DNA from: a virus
Taxonomy: Duplodnaviria; Caudoviricetes
IMG/VR virus record: IMGVR_UViG_3300023108_000130
Coordinates: 1-25,647 of that record
Reading direction: 5' to 3' (one strand)
Length of the DNA: 25,647 nt
Each line of letters opens with the position of its first letter. Position 1 is the first letter of the stretch. The translations under genes and the position numbers were made by a program. This document shows positions 1 to 8,273 of this stretch, one piece after another. A model generated the notes under the pieces. It was not told the origin of the DNA. It saw nothing but the letters and a program-made list of their open reading frames with translations, and did no database searches.

Positions 1-542
1 AAGCATCCTGGTGGTAGTTGTTTGATTTCATTCCATGGTGTACCACCGGTTGGATCATAGCCCCATTTCATAGTATTAGAATGGAATAGTTCGTTACGTG
101 TAACTGGGCCAAAAGCTTTTAGTACATCTGGTTCGGATGCCATTGCTTCTACGTCTGTACGATAATATAAAGGCTTAATACCAAGGTGATCAGTGACACC
201 GAATAGTCTATTATCGACGATGGTTACATAAGTAAAGAATCCGTCGAATCTATTAAACTCGCGGATTCCTTTTATCCAAAATGTTTGCCATGCACATTCG
301 ATATCATTTGCAAAGCCAAGTTCTTCGTAGTTGAATATCTCACCGACGAATAGAGATTTATTCTGTGGCTGTATAGCTACCTTTGGATCCAGATTAACGA
401 ATGGTAAGCTATAATGCCCGAACTGAATAGCGTTATTGAATACCTCATAACCTTTAAAGCCAGGTAAACCTCGATAAGAGATATCCTCTAATAATTCTTC
501 GACATTCACATCTGTGTATGCTGCTGCAATGAATCCACACAT
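1..542 (-). CDS. Asparagine synthetase B-like glutamine amidotransferase (class II Ntn GATase N-terminal domain), runs off window edge
   Basis: Not in the ORF track. Manual translation from ATG at 542 gives MCGFIAAAYTDVNVEELLEDISYRGLPG...GHYSLPFVNLD...QPQ...FVGEIFNYEEL...FDGFFTYV...TDHLGIKPLYY...ASEPDVL...IKQLPPGC. It has the N-terminal Cys nucleophile and the RG, GEIFNY, DG.F, D..GIKPLYY, ASE and LPPG motifs of AsnB. Confidence 0.88.
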   Translation of the reverse strand, partial: MCGFIAAAYTDVNVEELLEDISYRGLPGFKGYEVFNNAIQFGHYSLPFVNLDPKVAIQPQNKSLFVGEIFNYEELGFANDIECAWQTFWIKGIREFNRFDGFFTYVTIVDNRLFGVTDHLGIKPLYYRTDVEAMASEPDVLKAFGPVTRNELFHSNTMKWGYDPTGGTPWNEIKQLPPGC

Positions 543-543
543 A

Positions 544-1284
544 TTATACTCCTATCAGTCTGCTCAAAGCAAATCTATCGTTCGCGAAACAATGTAAACT
601 AGTTGAGCTGAAATGTAAATACCCTACTTCAGCATCTATGCCACTTTTATCGATCATCCACTGTGTAAGTCTATTTGCGAAGTAAAGGTCGTTGTGCAAG
701 TGCCTTACGACGTCACACGAGCGCATATGATACGAACAGTGTAGTTGTCCACCACGTTCCATAAAGTGCCAACCAAAGGAACATGGCACTCGTTCACCTT
801 GGTTGGCTGCGATTATATCTTCAGGGAACCACATAGGGACATAGCATTGTCTGGTTGTGGGATCTTTTCTTAGTAGCTCTACACCATCACCCAGATTACC
901 AGTCTTAAACCGGATACCATCCATAGTCGGTGCCCACATCCGCTCGGGGTATGAATGGGAGAATGCTGCTTGATTCTCTGAAAGATATTTGTCGGTATCT
1001 TTTAACCACATTGTATGGGATGGCGGTGGATTAAGTGGTTCACCGCCTGTACGTTCATCGAAGTGTACATCTGCCCAAGGCTGTGATGCACCAAGTTCAT
1101 CAGAAGCTTTTCGTGCATCTGTGTACATTGGTGCAACCAGGTCAGCGTGGAGAATCTCTAGGAACTTAGGTGGCTCTTTGGTACCTTGCCACGAACCAGT
1201 CTGGATTTCATATCCTTGACGATAAAGTACTTCACGAAGCTTTGTCAGACCCTCTGCTAGTGTTCTGCCGCTTACTCTGTTCAT
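544..1284 (-). CDS. Thymidylate synthase-superfamily enzyme, dCMP hydroxymethylase-like (probable dCMP-modifying)
   Basis: Catalytic PC (RVPCS) and MRSCDVVRHLHND motif. The eighth residue after RSxD is Asp, as in T4 gp42 (RSNDVVFGFRND), rather than Asn as in ThyA (RSCDVFLGLPFN). ATG at 1284 is preferred over GTG at 1290. Confidence 0.8.
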   Translation of the reverse strand: MNRVSGRTLAEGLTKLREVLYRQGYEIQTGSWQGTKEPPKFLEILHADLVAPMYTDARKASDELGASQPWADVHFDERTGGEPLNPPPSHTMWLKDTDKYLSENQAAFSHSYPERMWAPTMDGIRFKTGNLGDGVELLRKDPTTRQCYVPMWFPEDIIAANQGERVPCSFGWHFMERGGQLHCSYHMRSCDVVRHLHNDLYFANRLTQWMIDKSGIDAEVGYLHFSSTSLHCFANDRFALSRLIGV

Positions 1285-1714
1285 TATCACTTACTCTCTT
1301 TCTCAAGTCAGTAGTCGAGAATCTATGATCCCGTTTATTATAATAAATCTCTATGCCACGTGCAGAGCATATAGCACGACCAGTGAACTTACCGTTCTTG
1401 TACTCTTCGCCAATAATACGAACATCTAAATTAAATAGCTGAAGGATGTCTTCCAGATCCTGTTCAGTCTGATAAGGTATAATCTCATCGACATACTTAA
1501 CACCTTGCAGCTGGGTCCATCTTTCAACTAAAGTCTGTACCGGTTTATTCTTCTCTATTCTATCATAGCTAGGGTCAACTTGTAAACAACAAATTAGCCA
1601 GTCGCATTGAGTTTTTGCCTCTCGAAGCATTGCAATGTGACCAGCATGTAATAGATCAAATGTAGAGGCTGTTATGCCTATAATTGTTTTAGTCTCTTCC
1701 AAGTATCTTCCCAT
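1232..1714 (-). CDS. Cytidylyltransferase (TagD/glycerol-3-phosphate cytidylyltransferase-like, HxGH family)
   Basis: TFDLLHAGH (HxGH), KPVQTLVER, KYVDEIIPY and R...FSTT motifs. Overlaps both neighbours; the start is uncertain. Confidence 0.88.
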   Translation of the reverse strand: MGRYLEETKTIIGITASTFDLLHAGHIAMLREAKTQCDWLICCLQVDPSYDRIEKNKPVQTLVERWTQLQGVKYVDEIIPYQTEQDLEDILQLFNLDVRIIGEEYKNGKFTGRAICSARGIEIYYNKRDHRFSTTDLRKRVSDNEQSKRQNTSRGSDKAS

Positions 1715-2370
1715 CCTTTAACTTGATGAACTACTCCGCCTCCTCTGGCCACTGCCAGAGACAATGTGTAGTCATTCCCGTTGGGTTCCATTTTATCGCC
1801 GTAGAAAGTAACCAAATTAGCCTCAAAGTCTTGTATAATTTGCGACTTATCCCTTCCCCTCCACATAATATCAATCCCCGTTTCGCCCGCCACACTAACA
1901 TTTAGACCCGGATATTTCCCAGAAAGAAATTCAACCATCGATTCTCTTTCCCCTTTATGTTCATCCCATTGTTTGTATAGAAATCTTTCTTCTAGGGTTG
2001 TCGGCCTACCAGGAATAGTAAAGTTAACCATCCCGGATCTTTTTTCTATGTGTCCACCTTTTTTAATATGAAACCTTGATTCACTTAAAATACGATTTAA
2101 ATCTATATCCAGTTCGTCCAAACATCCCATGGGCTCAGCCCGGATAAGATCATCTCCTTCCCATACTTCATTACCATTACAGTTATAGGATCTAACTGCT
2201 AAGTTGTATAGGTCTGATCCTAGTTGTTCTACACTAGCATCCTTATCTGATCCTGTCGCAAAATAAACCCTATTATTTGTAGCGAACTCCATAAACCATT
2301 TCTTGAAGGCTGGATCCATTCTTTGTCTGGATGGGGTAAGAGTTCCGTCTATATCAAAAATATAATGCAT
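1678..2370 (-). CDS. HAD-IIB phosphomannomutase-like phosphomutase/phosphatase
   Basis: FDIDGTLTPSRQ (DxDGT), TGSD, IEKRSGMVNF and FYGDKMEPNGNDY, matching eukaryotic-type PMM motifs. Confidence 0.85.
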   Translation of the reverse strand: MHYIFDIDGTLTPSRQRMDPAFKKWFMEFATNNRVYFATGSDKDASVEQLGSDLYNLAVRSYNCNGNEVWEGDDLIRAEPMGCLDELDIDLNRILSESRFHIKKGGHIEKRSGMVNFTIPGRPTTLEERFLYKQWDEHKGERESMVEFLSGKYPGLNVSVAGETGIDIMWRGRDKSQIIQDFEANLVTFYGDKMEPNGNDYTLSLAVARGGGVVHQVKGWEDTWKRLKQL

Positions 2371-2828
2371 TAGCCATTTAGATATTTGCCATAATCAAAT
2401 ATCTTCCCTTCTAAGTTCTTTAAAACGTGATCAGCTGGAATGTAATCTAATATCTCGTAATACACTACGTCTCCTTCCTGCAAAGTGTTATGCCATAAGG
2501 AAGGATGGGGCGAAAACTTCCAAGCCACTATATGATCGATCTTTCCCTCGTTAATGCATTTTTGTATGTAAGGAGAGATATGTATCTGATCAAACCTATT
2601 TACATGTTTAAAATCACAGTGCCCGAAGAACTTATGCACTGTATCATACTCATATCCTTCGTGGATCTCATGACCAGAAGCTTCGATTGAACATTGGTGA
2701 TGCTCCGGGAATTCAAAGTCCCACTGACGTTCTTTCCATTCTGCGTCCTCATCACGCTCATCCTCTTCAACCAGCTTATTACGGCGGTCAATAAATTCTT
2801 TTGTGACTTTACCCTTAAATTTCATCAT
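2370..2828 (-). CDS. Hypothetical protein (weak PD-(D/E)xK-like signature)
   Basis: 152-aa ORF coupled to both neighbours. YEYD...CDFK could be a nuclease motif, but support is weak. Confidence 0.65.
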   Translation of the reverse strand: MMKFKGKVTKEFIDRRNKLVEEDERDEDAEWKERQWDFEFPEHHQCSIEASGHEIHEGYEYDTVHKFFGHCDFKHVNRFDQIHISPYIQKCINEGKIDHIVAWKFSPHPSLWHNTLQEGDVVYYEILDYIPADHVLKNLEGKIFDYGKYLNG

Positions 2829-3168
2829 CCATATAACCTACTGTTTCACGTTCAATATCATTATGATTAAATTCTGCCCAGTATAACTCATAAGCTACAC
2901 CTGACTCGATGCATTCGAATTGGTGGTAAAGACCAGGCTTGACCTTATGGTAGTCGCCTTCTTTTAGGATAGTAACATCCACCAGATCATAATCTCGTTG
3001 CCAAGTTCGGATTAACATCTCACCGGACTCTACATAGAATCCATTCCATTTATATCGATGTAAGTGCTTAGAGCAAACACCTCCAGCTTCCATCTCGATA
3101 CGATGAAACTCTAAAGCGCCATTGGCTTCAATTAGTTCTGTCGTGCCCCATACTTTTCCTGCTTTCAT
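2815..3168 (-). CDS. Cupin-domain protein (sugar isomerase/mannose-6-phosphate isomerase-like)
   Basis: KVWG, CSKHLHRYKWNGFYVESG and VKPGLYHQF cupin motifs. GGAG SD sits before ATG 3168. Confidence 0.8.
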   Translation of the reverse strand: MKAGKVWGTTELIEANGALEFHRIEMEAGGVCSKHLHRYKWNGFYVESGEMLIRTWQRDYDLVDVTILKEGDYHKVKPGLYHQFECIESGVAYELYWAEFNHNDIERETVGYMDDEI

Positions 3169-3251
3169 TTGGTCATCTCCGTCCATGCTATGATTGCAAA
3201 TCCAATAATAATTAAGGCTAGAATAGCCACCGCTGTAAATACTTCATCCAT
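3165..3251 (-). CDS. 28-aa single-pass membrane peptide
   Basis: Manual translation MDEVFTAVAILALIIIGFAIIAWTEMTK. The start overlaps the end of the oxygenase gene and the stop overlaps the cupin ATG (ATGA). Confidence 0.65.
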   Translation of the reverse strand: MDEVFTAVAILALIIIGFAIIAWTEMTK

Positions 3252-3852
3252 TGATAAATGTCCACCATCCAGTTAAAATTTCTTTTTCTTGTGTTTCACT
3301 AACAATACCGCGATGAGTGTGTGTCCATGGTGCAGGCCAGATTACCGTTCTACCTTTAACTGCTTTTACTTTCATATCTTGGTATAAAAATTCGGTGCCG
3401 CCTTCAAAAGTGTTATCGGGATCCTCGACCGTATTAAGATATGTCATAAAAACCAAGTGTCGTGCACCCCCGAATTCATTACCAGTCTGTTCCATATGCC
3501 ACATCTTAAAGCCTTCACCAGGCTTATACCACTGGTAGTTCATAAATTCTTTAATACCATATTGGTTTACGTTATTTGACCACTCATATTTTTCATGATA
3601 CTTCGATAAACAAGGTCCCAAAACCTCGGTGATATAAGAATCCGATAGGCTAGGAGGCCAATCGTAAGAACTCATATCCGTGGATACTTTTTTATCGTAG
3701 TCGTTTGTCGATGGAATAACAACACCGTTGGCATCACTTTGAGATACGGCACCTTTATAATGATACTTGGGGTTGCCGTGAAAATAAATCTGGAATTCTT
3801 CGATTAATTCATCCGACATGGAATTATCATAAACTTCAATAAAGTTAGTCAT
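3244..3852 (-). CDS. 2OG-Fe(II) oxygenase (prolyl-4-hydroxylase-like, marine T4-type)
   Basis: YKPGEGFKMWHME (HxE), RHLVFMTYLN, GGTEF and WPAPWTHTHRG motifs. Confidence 0.9.
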   Translation of the reverse strand: MTNFIEVYDNSMSDELIEEFQIYFHGNPKYHYKGAVSQSDANGVVIPSTNDYDKKVSTDMSSYDWPPSLSDSYITEVLGPCLSKYHEKYEWSNNVNQYGIKEFMNYQWYKPGEGFKMWHMEQTGNEFGGARHLVFMTYLNTVEDPDNTFEGGTEFLYQDMKVKAVKGRTVIWPAPWTHTHRGIVSETQEKEILTGWWTFING

Positions 3853-4004
3853 AATTTATTCTCCGATAGTTCTCTAATACGAATATGAGCATTGTTTAAT
3901 TGCTCTTGTAGTTCTTTCACATTCTGTTTTAGGATCTCGATTGTATTAGCCTGCGATACAATGATCTTCCTATTCTTTTCGGCTTCCATTTCATCAGGTA
4001 GCAT
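3849..4004 (-). CDS. 51-aa coiled-coil small protein
   Basis: Manual translation MLPDEMEAEKNRKIIVSQANTIEILKQNVKELQEQLNNAHIRIRELSENKL. GGAG SD upstream; ATGA overlap with the oxygenase start. Confidence 0.7.
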   Translation of the reverse strand: MLPDEMEAEKNRKIIVSQANTIEILKQNVKELQEQLNNAHIRIRELSENKL

Positions 4005-4935
4005 TAAAGACTCCATTTCTATAAACATATTCTAGTGCGTTGTTGGCCTCTTTTTCCATTGGACGATTCTCATACCAATTACCGGTATCATGGTCAAACT
4101 GCTTACATAATTGTTCGATTTCTTTAGCAGTAATGGGATAGCCTTTAGAAACTGCTTGTCCTGCAACGGCTATCATTATCTGATACATTTTAGCGTACCA
4201 GCCAGTATTACTTATAGTAACATAATCGGCTGCAAGCTTCTTAGGCCAGAATGGACAATCATTATAACCGGACCAAGAGTATTGAGTATTTTCCAGTGAA
4301 TTCTTTCGGTGATCCATAATCTGTCGCTGCCACTCGTCAGGTAATCGGTCTAAGAAATTCTCTGCACGTTCCTTTAAGGAATAAGGATGTTTACCGCAAA
4401 GATCATCAACAGGTATGGGATCGCCAGTATTAGTAAAAATAAAGTTGTAAGCACCAGCATACGTTGCAGGGACGTAATACATTCTAGATAGATCTTTAGT
4501 TTGCTTATCTCCGATGCTTTCCAGCTCGGTGTTAAGTGCGTACCAGAAATGTTTGATTCTAGATTGTTCAACCTCCGAATCAAGTCTGAAGACAAGACGG
4601 AACTTCGGAAAATTCTCCTTACTGCTAGCGGTACTATAACACACAAAATCCCAATTACCAAAACGGCTAACAAGTTCATCCTTTAGATTTCCTTTAAATT
4701 CATGATCATCAACGTCAATAGCAGCCCAACCTGCCCAAGCCAATACGTTCTTATTGGCTCTAGTAGTATCCGGTGAGTAAGTAGCTGGTGATATAAGTTC
4801 AGCATCCTCTTTTCCATTTAATGGCCTTTCAGATAATTTATATAACATTTTAGTAAGCTGATCCCAAGTATTTAGGTCAACACGTTTATCAGTTTTATTG
4901 TCGAATCTGCTTTTGAATATAGTCAAAGAATACAT
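3994..4935 (-). CDS. Archaeo-eukaryotic primase (AEP/Prim-Pol)-like protein with helical C-terminal domain
   Basis: hhhDxDD motif (AAIDVDD), YSTASS...PKFRLVF and D...KDLSRMYYVP, typical of Prim-Pol/VirE-N-like AEPs. Coupled to the gp43 stop (TAATG). Confidence 0.72.
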   Translation of the reverse strand: MYSLTIFKSRFDNKTDKRVDLNTWDQLTKMLYKLSERPLNGKEDAELISPATYSPDTTRANKNVLAWAGWAAIDVDDHEFKGNLKDELVSRFGNWDFVCYSTASSKENFPKFRLVFRLDSEVEQSRIKHFWYALNTELESIGDKQTKDLSRMYYVPATYAGAYNFIFTNTGDPIPVDDLCGKHPYSLKERAENFLDRLPDEWQRQIMDHRKNSLENTQYSWSGYNDCPFWPKKLAADYVTISNTGWYAKMYQIMIAVAGQAVSKGYPITAKEIEQLCKQFDHDTGNWYENRPMEKEANNALEYVYRNGVFNAT

Positions 4936-7406
4936 TATACAAAGAACGCGTCCAGAGTAGCTCTGGGTTCGGTCTCCCAGTTGATTGTGTCCAAGATAGG
5001 TTGCAACGGATCTATGAAACCTTTCTCAAACATTTTACCATAATCTACGAAGGAATGTAACCCCAATTCTTTAGGTAAACCCTCCGGAAATGCAATAATA
5101 TTCTCTTTAATTGGATTCGGTTGTTTTAGATATAAGAACTTAATCTTGGAACCATTCTGTATAGATTCATACCGATTGGTTAATCCGCCTTTAGCCAAAT
5201 AGTGGTTATATAGAAGTGAACCACGGACATGGATTGGAGTACCCTTCGTATAGATATCGTGCTTATTACCAGCCCACTTTTTAATCTCAGTCACACCACG
5301 AGGGAATGCAGCGGCTTCTGGTGGTAGCGAGAAGAACTCCCGCTTGAACTCGGCAATGTATTTCTGAACCTCGGATTCGGTAGAACCCATGATGAGTTTA
5401 AATACGTGCTTAAACTTTTCACGCATGATCTCTGGGGTCGAAGACTTAATAGCCTCAATCCCCATAATCTTAATCTTGGGTTCCGAATACTGAACGCCTT
5501 CAGAGTTATGTACGTTTAGGATATAACGTTTCTTAGCTTGCCATATGCCGCGATCTGCAATAACCTCACGCTCCATAACCATTCGATTCTGATACGCATT
5601 CGTCTGTTCGAATAGATCCTGCATAGACCGTTCAAACATTGGATTAAAATGTTCTTCACAAATCTTAGATAGGAACTGGACTGGATCTTTAGGATTAAAC
5701 TTTTCTACTAGACCGGAGAAGTTAACATAGACCGAATCCGTATCGATTGCAATAACATAATCTTTATCTGTACCAAGGAGTTTGTTTAGTTCTGCATTCA
5801 CCGCCGACTCGCACCACTTAATGACCTTTTGACCAGTAAGGGTAATGCCTTCAGCAATACGCAGATCGAAGTATCGATACCACTTGTTGCCAAGTGCACC
5901 GAACAAACTATTGAGCAAAATCTTAATAGCCATTTGTCGGTTCTGACACCGAACAATCTCACGTTCAAGCTCTACTGATTTATTTTTCTGGTAAGCTTTT
6001 TGTGCAGCCAGCATCTGATTCTTTACGGTCTTACGTTCGGCATAATAGTCCACAATAATTTTAGGCATGATGCCTTCGAAGTCTTTGCGGTAATGACTAT
6101 TGTTAGCAGCTTTTGCATAATCACCATTAACATCCATTTCCATATTACTTACTATAGTTTCTGGTGACATATTCCACTGAGCAATAATGTTAGGATATAG
6201 GGAGTTAAGGTCAAAGCTAACCACCCACTCGTGCATACCAATCTGTGGTTCTTTCACGTACCCGCCCGCGAACGCGACGGTCTGTTTAGCCAGATCCTCA
6301 CGTGGTTTCATGGATGGAACCGCAATCTGCTTTTTATTCAGTTCCCGATATACAATAGAATCCCATATAGATGTAGTACCCATAACGTCAGTAAAGTTAA
6401 CACCGGCTTTGTATGCCAGGGTAAATGCCAAACCCATCAGGCCAGTCTTATCGTTAATGCGTTCTACCAGTTCAACGTCTTTTATGTTATAGTCGATATA
6501 GAGCTGGTGGTTTTCTTTATACAAATTTCTAAGGTTACCATACTCTTCATATGATAACTTACGTTCGCCCAGAACCACACTGGAGATATGGTTAAGACTA
6601 TAGCTTTCCTGTGGGCCGTATGCATAGCCAAACTTCTTAAACAGATCGAAGTAATCCATTTGACTAATGCCAACAATCATATATGAATCCTGGTTCATAT
6701 TTTTGAATTGTACCTGCTTTAGCCGTGGCTCTGCATTCCAAGGAGATAGACGCTTAGCCGCTTCTATTGTGCCAATACGGAGAATACGATTAATAATATA
6801 AGGCATATCGAAGAAGCGGATGTTCCACCCAGTGATTACATCCGGATAGTCTTTTTGCCAATACTTCAAAAATTTAATTAGTAATTCCTCTTCGGAATCA
6901 CATTTATGATACTGGATAAGCAAATGTTTATGAGGTGATTGTTCTACGTCATACTCGCCACACGCCCAGACGTGGTAAACATTAGACCGGCTGGATTTAA
7001 TTGTAATAGCAGTAATAGGATGAAGTGCTTCTTCAGGTGTGGGGAACCCATCTTCGGAGTGAACCTCGATATCAATATTGACCACATTGATCTGGGACTC
7101 GTCAAACTTTATTTCGTCTGGAAACTTTTCTGCAATAAACTGCATCACCGCACGATCCATACCACAGTACGGCTTACTGCCAGGAACCTCGTGCTGCTTT
7201 ACATATTCACGTAAATCTTTAGGGGAGTTAAGAATCTTTTCTTTTACATTGTGTCCGTGAATAGACTTCCATCCGGTTTCTTCTTCACAGTATTCGAACA
7301 TGGTTGGTTCAAAATTATATTTGTGGCTGACTGGTTTACCACTATCATTGTAGCCACGATATACGACGCGATTCATATACGTGTCGACTGATGTATAAAA
7401 ACTCAT
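4935..7406 (-). CDS. gp43: Family B DNA polymerase (T4 gp43)
   Basis: Exonuclease motifs [12 protein letters not shown] and YNIKD; polymerase motifs [23 protein letters not shown] and KKRY; C-terminal clamp-binding TLDAFF. Confidence 0.98.
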   Translation of the reverse strand: MSFYTSVDTYMNRVVYRGYNDSGKPVSHKYNFEPTMFEYCEEETGWKSIHGHNVKEKILNSPKDLREYVKQHEVPGSKPYCGMDRAVMQFIAEKFPDEIKFDESQINVVNIDIEVHSEDGFPTPEEALHPITAITIKSSRSNVYHVWACGEYDVEQSPHKHLLIQYHKCDSEEELLIKFLKYWQKDYPDVITGWNIRFFDMPYIINRILRIGTIEAAKRLSPWNAEPRLKQVQFKNMNQDSYMIVGISQMDYFDLFKKFGYAYGPQESYSLNHISSVVLGERKLSYEEYGNLRNLYKENHQLYIDYNIKDVELVERINDKTGLMGLAFTLAYKAGVNFTDVMGTTSIWDSIVYRELNKKQIAVPSMKPREDLAKQTVAFAGGYVKEPQIGMHEWVVSFDLNSLYPNIIAQWNMSPETIVSNMEMDVNGDYAKAANNSHYRKDFEGIMPKIIVDYYAERKTVKNQMLAAQKAYQKNKSVELEREIVRCQNRQMAIKILLNSLFGALGNKWYRYFDLRIAEGITLTGQKVIKWCESAVNAELNKLLGTDKDYVIAIDTDSVYVNFSGLVEKFNPKDPVQFLSKICEEHFNPMFERSMQDLFEQTNAYQNRMVMEREVIADRGIWQAKKRYILNVHNSEGVQYSEPKIKIMGIEAIKSSTPEIMREKFKHVFKLIMGSTESEVQKYIAEFKREFFSLPPEAAAFPRGVTEIKKWAGNKHDIYTKGTPIHVRGSLLYNHYLAKGGLTNRYESIQNGSKIKFLYLKQPNPIKENIIAFPEGLPKELGLHSFVDYGKMFEKGFIDPLQPILDTINWETEPRATLDAFFV

Positions 7407-7429
7407 GCATTTCTCCTATTGATCGGAGT

Positions 7430-7463
7430 ATTATAATATAAAAAAAGGGATTTGAAAACCCCT
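7430..7463 (-). promoter_or_regulatory. Sigma70-like early promoter for gp43, overlapping a weak terminator-like hairpin
   Basis: GGGG-TTTTCA-17 nt-TATAAT on the minus strand. AGGGG/TCCCT stem is followed by a U-tract. Confidence 0.7.
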
Positions 7464-7686
7464 AGTATAAATAAAGTTCGTCGATTTCTTCGTCATCGAG
7501 GAAGTGACATTCTGATAGATATTCGCGAATATTTTCAGTAGATCCTGAAAGGGTCATACAGGGATTACCTCCACCTGGACCAATGGCGATGAATGATTCG
7601 ATTTTCAGATTGTATTTTTCGAGGGCCTCTAGGTAATCACCAAGTGGACAGTCGTGTGCGATATCAATTTCGAATGTTTTTGTCAT
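7462..7686 (-). CDS. Hypothetical early protein (acidic, GPGGGNP loop)
   Basis: 74-aa ORF with strong AAGGAG SD and its own promoter. Confidence 0.8.
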   Translation of the reverse strand: MTKTFEIDIAHDCPLGDYLEALEKYNLKIESFIAIGPGGGNPCMTLSGSTENIREYLSECHFLDDEEIDELYLY

Positions 7687-7711
7687 AGGTATCTCCTTTG
7701 TTTGTGATACC

Positions 7712-7751
7712 TTTATATCGTAAAAAAAGGGAGCTGTAAACCCCCTTTTTT
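7712..7751 (-). promoter_or_regulatory. T4-type early promoter embedded in an intrinsic terminator hairpin
   Basis: GTTTACA-17 nt-TATAAA. AAAAAAGGGGG/CTCCCTTTTTT stem with the -35 element in the loop. Confidence 0.75.
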
Positions 7752-7764
7752 CATTTTATTTGAA

Positions 7765-7998
7765 TTATTTTTTCTCTGAAACGAAGCTATACATTTCTTT
7801 AGCTTTGGACATTAGCTCATCCATAGAATACATTTTATTGGCTTCTTGCCATTGCTCCATAGTGACCTTACCGGCCTCAAACATTTTCTCAGCGAACTCG
7901 CGATTCATATGATATTGTTGATCCATGTAATCTTTTGCAAGTTGTAGCATTTCAGAACGAATCTCAAAGGGGTTTTTATTTGCCATAGTATTACTCAT
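7765..7998 (-). CDS. Hypothetical protein (KNPFEIR motif)
   Basis: Helical 77-aa ORF with ATGA coupling to the upstream gene. Confidence 0.8.
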   Translation of the reverse strand: MSNTMANKNPFEIRSEMLQLAKDYMDQQYHMNREFAEKMFEAGKVTMEQWQEANKMYSMDELMSKAKEMYSFVSEKK

Positions 7999-8207
7999 TT
8001 TATTACCTTTGCCATAGCTTCACCAGCTGCATTTGCAAATGCGTTGGTTTGTTTCATAGCATTTTTTGTAAATTCCGTTTGAACCTTAATGAACTCGTAT
8101 AGTGGCTCACTCATTGATTCATCTTTAACCCAAGTATCAACCCAAGTCTTTTTTGCATTTTGGATTGCATCAATCCATACGTTTGTAAGATAGTCTGTTG
8201 AGAACAT
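7995..8207 (-). CDS. Hypothetical amphipathic helical protein (phasin-like composition)
   Basis: AGGAG SD before ATG 8207 (MFSTDYL...). The product assignment is speculative. Confidence 0.72.
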   Translation of the reverse strand: MFSTDYLTNVWIDAIQNAKKTWVDTWVKDESMSEPLYEFIKVQTEFTKNAMKQTNAFANAAGEAMAKVIK

Positions 8208-8236
8208 TTTTCTCTCCTGTGTCTGTGTTGTGATCG

Positions 8237-8257
8237 AAGGGGCCATTACAGCCCCTT
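8237..8257 (-). promoter_or_regulatory. Intergenic stem-loop (processing/stability hairpin or weak terminator)
   Basis: AAGGGGC-7 nt-GCCCCTT inverted repeat with no U-tract on the minus strand. Confidence 0.5.
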
Positions 8258-8273
8258 TGCTAAGATTCTTCTA

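Noticed and set aside
4374-4679. 101-aa hydrophobic alternate-frame ORF inside the primase gene, superficially holin-like
   Set aside because: +1 frames of T-ending, AT-rich genes naturally give Leu/Ile/Val-rich text. It overlaps the catalytic core and has no convincing independent support.
7466-7473. Plus-strand TATAAATA late-promoter motif
   Set aside because: It lies in the last codons (LYLY) of a minus-strand gene in AT-rich sequence with no plus-strand gene downstream. Probably chance, though late antisense transcription is not excluded.
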